Both the position numbers and the translations under genes were made by a program. From positions 1-60,411 of IMG/VR virus record IMGVR_UViG_3300036781_000814: a stretch of DNA of 60,411 nucleotides. One strand, 5' to 3'. The notes under the pieces were generated by a model. That model searched no databases and was not told where the DNA came from. It saw only the letters and a program-made list of their open reading frames with translations. Source of the DNA: a virus. Taxonomy: Duplodnaviria > Caudoviricetes. This document shows, piece by piece, positions 55,529-60,411 of this stretch (the stretch's first letter is position 1; each line of letters starts with the position of its first letter).

Positions 55529-55993
55529 ATGCGTTTCAAAATCTTCCTTTCGCTGATCGCTATTATTACTTTCGCCAGCTGCTCGGCGCAGTCTTTCTTT
55601 AAGCCCATACCAAAGCAGCCGCAGCGGGCTCGCTTTATTCAGGTCTATGGCGACTCTGTTATTGCCTCTCCATCTGTGCCCACTACGACAGCCTTCCGCC
55701 CGATATTGAATGCGGTTACGTATTCCGAACCCGATCATATCGCAATGGCAGGGATAGGGGTGTCCTATCAGTGGCTGAAATACAATAACACTACTCAGAA
55801 ATGGGAGACGACGTTTGCCATCAATGGACTTTTTTACGGTGGCGCGGGGCTGGCGTCGCCGAATCAGGGTATATATGCGGCCGGGCCTTCCATAAGCCTG
55901 TTAAACGGATTCATCTCCTTTGGCGGGGCCTACAACTTCACAACTAAGAAGATTGGGCCCACCCTGGGAATTAATGTTCAGCTTAACAACTAA
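55529..55993 (+). CDS. Exported/lipoprotein with amphipathic beta strands (outer-membrane disruption candidate)
   Basis: IITFASC lipobox or CSA|Q SPI site; alternating beta strands to the C-terminus. Confidence 0.5.
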   Translation: MRFKIFLSLIAIITFASCSAQSFFKPIPKQPQRARFIQVYGDSVIASPSVPTTTAFRPILNAVTYSEPDHIAMAGIGVSYQWLKYNNTTQKWETTFAINGLFYGGAGLASPNQGIYAAGPSISLLNGFISFGGAYNFTTKKIGPTLGINVQLNN

Positions 55994-55998
55994 AAACT

Positions 55999-56457
55999 AT
56001 GCGCATTTCAGACAAGGGATTGGATCTCATTAAGTACATGGAGGGTTGTATCCTGCATCCGTATCTCGACCAGGCGGGCGTTCCCACGATCGGGTGGGGA
56101 TCGACAATATACTCCACTGGAGACCATGTCTCAATGCAGGACAGGCGATTAACTCAGGATCAGGCTGACAAGCTGTTGGACTGGCAAGTCGCTGTTGTAG
56201 CCCTTGCCGTCACAAAGATGACGCCGGGTGGGTTAAACCAAAACCAGTTCGACGCCCTGGTCGACTTCGCTTACAATGTCGGATTGGGGGCGCTCAAGGG
56301 ATCCACCGCACTGAAGCTGATTATGGCGAACCCAAATGATCCAGGCATCGCGACCGCCCTGAAATTGTGGAACAAGATACATGTGGATGGCGCTCTGGTG
56401 GTGTGCGAGGACCTGGTGAAGCGCAGGCAGAAAGAGGTCGAATTATATTTTTCCTAA
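55999..56457 (+). CDS. GH24 lysozyme (endolysin)
   Basis: GLDLIK.MEG....YLDQAGVPTIGWG (E-D-T triad), LNQNQFDALVDFAYNVG, LVKRRQKE. Confidence 0.95.
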   Translation: MRISDKGLDLIKYMEGCILHPYLDQAGVPTIGWGSTIYSTGDHVSMQDRRLTQDQADKLLDWQVAVVALAVTKMTPGGLNQNQFDALVDFAYNVGLGALKGSTALKLIMANPNDPGIATALKLWNKIHVDGALVVCEDLVKRRQKEVELYFS

Positions 56458-56471
56458 TTCAATATTCGATC

Positions 56472-56999
56472 ATGGGCATGGCAGTAATAGTTTTTGTGCT
56501 CGTCGGGGCAGTCGGGTTAATCTGGCTGCTTGGACCCATGTTCCGGCCAAAAGAGGCAAGGACGCAATTTGTTTTAACAACAATTATTTATAAACACTTA
56601 AAATTCGAGGGAATTATTATGAGTAGCAAGCTTAACATCAAGGAGTTCGTAAAAGGCACTTTCGGAATCGTAAAGCACGATGACCAAACTCCCATTGAGG
56701 CGACTTTCGCCAATGAAAAATTCACATCAGCGGACGAGACGATCGCAAAGGTCGCTCAGGATCCGACAGACACTGCCGATACGGCGATCGTAGATATCGA
56801 AGGGGTCGCTGAGGGCGAGACAGATATAACCGTTGAAGTTGACGCGACTTACGTGGATCCCATCACGCTGCAGGAAGTGACAAAGCATAAGACCGCCATT
56901 GTGCATGTCACAATCTCAGCGCCGACAAGTGACACAGAAACAGACCTGGTTGTTACACTCGGCGATCCACAGCCCGTTGTTGATCAATCCGCGCAGTAA
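56472..56999 (+). CDS. Membrane-anchored Ig-like protein after the endolysin
   Basis: N-terminal TM; FTSADETIAKV..EGVAEGETDITV (Big_2-like). Confidence 0.55.
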   Translation: MGMAVIVFVLVGAVGLIWLLGPMFRPKEARTQFVLTTIIYKHLKFEGIIMSSKLNIKEFVKGTFGIVKHDDQTPIEATFANEKFTSADETIAKVAQDPTDTADTAIVDIEGVAEGETDITVEVDATYVDPITLQEVTKHKTAIVHVTISAPTSDTETDLVVTLGDPQPVVDQSAQ

Positions 57000-57034
57000 C
57001 CCATCAGGGTTTTTTCTCATAAGCAGTTAGTTAC

Positions 57035-57064
57035 CCCGGCCTGTTCTCAGGCTGGGTTTTTTTT
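57035..57064 (+). terminator. Intrinsic terminator at the end of the late operon
   Basis: CCCGGCCTG-TTCT-CAGGCTGGG then T8. Confidence 0.8.
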
Positions 57065-57100
57065 GAGGGAACAAGCATTAACCCCTTAAAAAAATAGACC

Positions 57101-57901
57101 ATGTCACAAATCAGAATGAGGCCTCCGCTGACTTACTATGGCGGAAAGCAGAAATTAGCCAGTGAAATAATTTCCCGTATCCCCGAACACACGCTTTACG
57201 CTTCGGTTTTCGCCGGCGGCGCTGCTGAGTTCTTTGCAAAGGAGCCCAGCGAGATCGAGATCCTCAACGACACCAACAAGGAGGTGATGAATTTCTACCA
57301 GGTGGTAAAGACGAAATTCATCGACCTGGAGAAGATGATCAAGATCAGCCTGCACAGCAGAGATCTCCACCGCGATGCCGGCATTATCTATGGCGCCCCG
57401 CATCTGTTCACCGATATCCAGCGGGCGTGGGCCGTCTGGATCCTGGCCGCCCAAAGTTTCTCCAGCATGCTCGATGGCACCTGGGGATACGACAAGACGC
57501 GAAACCAGACCAGTAAGAAAGTCGAGAGCAAGAAAGTCTCTTTCACCGAAGACTACGCCATCCGCCTGCAGAACGTCCAGCTGGAGTGTGCCAATGCCAT
57601 TTATATCATTCAAAGTAGGGATACCGTCAACAGCTTTTTCTATTGCGATCCCCCATACTTCAACTCGGACTGCGGGCATTATGGCGGATACTCAAGGAGT
57701 GATTTTTTAGGGCTTTTGAATAGCCTGGCCCAGATTGAGGGGAGATTCCTGCTTTCGTCATATCCCTCGCCCGAGCTGGCTGAATTTGTCAAGGCCCGAA
57801 ATTGGCAAATTGTCGAATTCGAGCAGACGGTGTCAGTCAATGCAAAGGGAAAGAACGGGAAGAAGAAAATCGAAGTCCTGACGGCCAACTATCCAATTTA
57901 A
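57101..57901 (+). CDS. Dam/D12-family DNA adenine methyltransferase
   Basis: YYGGKQKLA, VFAG, EILND, FFYCDPPY, KKIEVL..NY. Confidence 0.92.
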   Translation: MSQIRMRPPLTYYGGKQKLASEIISRIPEHTLYASVFAGGAAEFFAKEPSEIEILNDTNKEVMNFYQVVKTKFIDLEKMIKISLHSRDLHRDAGIIYGAPHLFTDIQRAWAVWILAAQSFSSMLDGTWGYDKTRNQTSKKVESKKVSFTEDYAIRLQNVQLECANAIYIIQSRDTVNSFFYCDPPYFNSDCGHYGGYSRSDFLGLLNSLAQIEGRFLLSSYPSPELAEFVKARNWQIVEFEQTVSVNAKGKNGKKKIEVLTANYPI

Positions 57902-57903
57902 CG

Positions 57904-57940
57904 AAGGATGCCTTCCAAACCAGGGAGGCATCCTTTTTTT
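57904..57940 (+). terminator. Intrinsic terminator
   Basis: AAGGATGCCTTCC...GGAGGCATCCTT then T-run. Confidence 0.75.
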
Positions 57941-57976
57941 GAACGCTGTTCCCAATCTTCCTTTTACCTTAGAGGA

Positions 57977-58270
57977 ATGGCAATTCCTTTCGACACCATA
58001 CGTCTGGACATTAAAGAAAAGCGAATCAACCGCATAAACCAGCTGTTTGACTATGGAACTATTTCAGAATGGAAAGATGCCACCGGGTTTCGAAAAGGGG
58101 TAATAGAAAGCTTGTTGGAAGATTCAAAACGATTTCAATTCAGGCATATTTTTAAAATAGCCGACAACAGTGGGATCAAGGAAAGTACAATAAGACGCCT
58201 CGTCCAGGGGCAAAAAAGCTACAATTTTATTGCGAAGCGATTGGCGCGTAAAAAAGATCTGCCCGAGTAA
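57977..58270 (+). CDS. Hypothetical HTH-like protein
   Basis: Start moved downstream of the terminator; helical, basic. Confidence 0.5.
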   Translation: MAIPFDTIRLDIKEKRINRINQLFDYGTISEWKDATGFRKGVIESLLEDSKRFQFRHIFKIADNSGIKESTIRRLVQGQKSYNFIAKRLARKKDLPE

Positions 58271-58282
58271 GAACATCCCGAT

Positions 58283-58501
58283 ATGAAGTATTACCTGGTA
58301 CGGGTGAAAATGAAATGGGGGGAAATTAAGAGAGCAGTCCGGCCCAGCGACATCGAGGCGGCGGTGCTGCGGGAAAAGGACTTTGAGCAAAAAGCCGAAA
58401 CGGGTTTTGGGAAAGACAACATTTCAGAGGTGCAGGTAGTAAAGCTTCCCGAGGACCACCCTGAGGTGATTGCCTATAAAAATGCCAATCCAGGCAAATA
58501 A
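58283..58501 (+). CDS. Hypothetical protein
   Basis: 72-aa ORF. Confidence 0.45.
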   Translation: MKYYLVRVKMKWGEIKRAVRPSDIEAAVLREKDFEQKAETGFGKDNISEVQVVKLPEDHPEVIAYKNANPGK

Positions 58502-58545
58502 TGACCGGGCGGCCGGAGCCGCCTCGGCCTGAAGGAACAAGCTAT

Positions 58546-58770
58546 TTAGTAAATCAATAAATCGGCAAGTGGAATCTCCAGAGCCTCAGCGAGAGTAATA
58601 ATCATGGTAAGCTTTGGATTTGAAACACCTTTCTCGATCCTTTGGATCGAAGAGTGGTCGACATCCGCCAAATGGGCAAGGTCTCGCAGGCTCAGATTTT
58701 TCTCTTTTCGAATTTTTTCTAAGTTTTTACCGAAATTCTTGATTACCTGCGCCTCACGCTTGGAATTCAT
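58546..58770 (-). CDS. XRE-family HTH regulator
   Basis: FGKNLEKIRKEKNLSLRDLAHLADVDHSSIQRIEKGVSNPKL; palindrome TGCGT-GT-ACGCA at 58807-58818 upstream. Confidence 0.88.
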   Translation of the reverse strand: MNSKREAQVIKNFGKNLEKIRKEKNLSLRDLAHLADVDHSSIQRIEKGVSNPKLTMIITLAEALEIPLADLLIY

Positions 58771-58977
58771 TGCCGGAATATCAACGAATTGCCGATTATT
58801 TTTGTATGCGTGTACGCAACACTTTCCCAAAAAACTCGTATATTAGCTTCTTAGGATAAGGTTTAATGGTTATGGAATGATTAGTGATGGAGACGGACCC
58901 GGCGGTTGGAATTCTATGGGACGTCTTGGCTCCGGATCTCGCCCGCAATGCGACCTAAATTAGTAGCAAATTTCTTT

Positions 58978-59014
58978 AGCCCCCACTGTAGAAATACATG
59001 GGGGCTTATTTTTT
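58978..59014 (+). terminator. Intrinsic terminator
   Basis: AGCCCCCA.TGTA-GAAA-TACATGGGGGCT then TATTTTTT. Confidence 0.65.
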
Positions 59015-59050
59015 GGGGTAGGCCCGATTAGTAGCCGCATCCGGAACCGC

Positions 59051-59092
59051 GAAAAATGAGAGCCCCGGCTGACAGCTCAGCGGGGCTCTTTT
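59051..59092 (-). terminator. Terminator downstream of the integrase (possibly bidirectional)
   Basis: AGAGCCCCG...CGGGGCTCT stem flanked by A5 and T4. Confidence 0.6.
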
Positions 59093-59094
59093 AA

Positions 59095-60411
59095 TTATGC
59101 AAAAGGGTTGTTGATCTTCTTCAGCTCTTCGTGTTTGCGGTTTGCCCGATCTGTGTCATATATATTTATGACCATTGCCGTACTCTTATGAGCGTTGTGA
59201 TCAGCTGCTGCCTGGTCGCCAGCGATGGCTGCTGTTTCCCCGGTATTGCTATGCTTCAGGCTATAGATATCGGCTTCAATGCCCAGCGCATCTTTTACCC
59301 ATCGACGCCATCTTTTGGTAATCTGTCGCGGGTTTATTGGCTGCGGGCCTGGACGCAAACCTTCACTGAAAAGGAAATCTTCCGGGCCGGCTTGATCCAA
59401 GATCTCCTGCCACAGATCCTTCACGATATCTTTTACTGTCCCGACTTCCTCGGAGTATGCCCTTCCTTTCTTCACCATTCGAATAAACCGCTGAAATCCC
59501 GTATTATGTTTCTTTTGGACAAGCAATATCTCCGACTCCCTGCAGCCGCTATGAAAGAAAATATGCATGAACCGCCAAAAAGCATAGGCTTCTCCCCTCG
59601 TTTTGGGGTTTCGATACAAAAAGGCCAGCTGCCGGAGGTGGGCGTCTATTTTTAGGCGCTCCTCATCTGTAAGGGTCTTCCTGATTCGCTTTACTCTTTT
59701 CTTTGGCTTTATCTGGCCGGCTACAGGGTTCTGCTCTATGGCGCCATATTCTATCAGTTCTGAGAACAGGATCATCAGGTTTGATCGGTATTTATTGTAT
59801 TTATGGGCGCTCCAGATGGCGAATCCGGTTTTTGGGTCTAACTCGCATTTTGTTTTTATCACCTCGCGGGTTTCCGGATCCACCCTGGAAGTGATCTCCC
59901 TGCATTTGTCCAATATAGGCCGGATATGTTTCGGCAATACCTCGCAGACAGGCAGGTTCTCCCATCCAAGATGAATGACTGCTATTGGGATCCAATACAG
60001 CATGCTTTTGATGTCAGCCTTGGTCGTCGGGGCCACGGTCAATTTCTCGTAGGCCAGCTGCAACGCAATGTTCAGGGGCGTATATTCTTCGATAATGCCG
60101 GCATCTCCGGATCTGGTATAGGAATCTGTTCGAGGGTTGTAGCCGGCTTTGAGCTTTTCTGCTTCCTTATCCAGGAGATAGCTGGTGATCTGCCGCCTTT
60201 CTTCCGCGGTCTTGTACTCATTCATGCCTTTCATAAGGACCTGTTTTCCTCCCGGCTTGCCGCCCGGCTCATAAAATCGATAATAGAAGTACCAGGTGCT
60301 GGTGACCTTTTCTGTTGTTTTCCAATTTGCTGGGGAAATGACAGGCATGCTCATTGAGCACCCTCCAGGGAGTTTGATGCGCTCGTTGCGCTTGACGGGC
60401 TTTTTTTTCAT
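59095..60411 (-). CDS. int: Tyrosine recombinase/integrase
   Basis: SGCRESEIL (catalytic Arg), IYSLKHS, HNAHKST...IYD (catalytic Tyr); 438 aa. Confidence 0.85.
   Translation of the reverse strand: MKKKPVKRNERIKLPGGCSMSMPVISPANWKTTEKVTSTWYFYYRFYEPGGKPGGKQVLMKGMNEYKTAEERRQITSYLLDKEAEKLKAGYNPRTDSYTRSGDAGIIEEYTPLNIALQLAYEKLTVAPTTKADIKSMLYWIPIAVIHLGWENLPVCEVLPKHIRPILDKCREITSRVDPETREVIKTKCELDPKTGFAIWSAHKYNKYRSNLMILFSELIEYGAIEQNPVAGQIKPKKRVKRIRKTLTDEERLKIDAHLRQLAFLYRNPKTRGEAYAFWRFMHIFFHSGCRESEILLVQKKHNTGFQRFIRMVKKGRAYSEEVGTVKDIVKDLWQEILDQAGPEDFLFSEGLRPGPQPINPRQITKRWRRWVKDALGIEADIYSLKHSNTGETAAIAGDQAAADHNAHKSTAMVINIYDTDRANRKHEELKKINNPFA

Larger units (their letters stand above)
1..60411. mobile_element. 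Temperate siphovirus-like (pro)phage of a Bacteroidota host, near-complete genome
   Basis: Ordered modules: repressor/cro, replication, terminases, HK97 portal/protease/capsid, tail and tape measure, lysozyme, integrase. No host housekeeping genes or att sites visible in the window. Confidence 0.95.

Noticed and set aside
57908-57976. N-terminal extension of the 57908 ORF
   Set aside because: It overlaps a terminator hairpin; ATG 57977 is preferred.
57101-58770. Restriction-modification system (MTase plus C-protein-like XRE)
   Set aside because: No recognisable endonuclease next to the MTase and a terminator separates the genes; an orphan MTase is the simpler reading.
58850-59050. attP or a small RNA/peptide between the XRE gene and integrase
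   Set aside because: Hairpins and short ORFs exist, but no att core can be defined without flanks and no ORF is convincing.

Overview
The window is an essentially complete temperate siphovirus-type (pro)phage of a Bacteroidota host. Host evidence: a TTTG-N19-TAnnTTTG promoter, no obvious Shine-Dalgarno usage, Gln at +1 after signal peptides, and a DUF4373-type initiator. Gene order: repressor/lipoprotein <- -> cro-like early operon, tRNA(CAT), a compact diversity-generating retroelement (DGR), a phage beta-clamp gene (dnaN) directly followed by a PRTRC ubiquitin-like cassette (E, C=Ubl, F, B=E2-like, ThiF=E1), replication initiator with iterons, accessory genes, HerA-like ATPase/nuclease/SNF2, terminases, HK97-type head, tail, lysis, Dam-family MTase and tyrosine integrase. 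Strongest direct signal: one 66-bp template repeat (5629-5694) differs only at adenines from variable repeats in two tandem small early-region genes (not tail fibres), with an RT but no recognisable avd gene. Other notable observations: (1) a phage-borne Ubl/E2/E1 set with no JAB protease sits next to the sliding clamp; (2) several tail-region adhesin/enzyme genes carry Sec signal peptides, and each group follows a structural protein sharing a ~75-aa module; (3) a stand-alone response-regulator receiver lies in the lysis cassette; (4) a Com-like zinc finger precedes a 15-bp hairpin in front of the head genes. All family calls come from motifs read by eye; no database searches were run.
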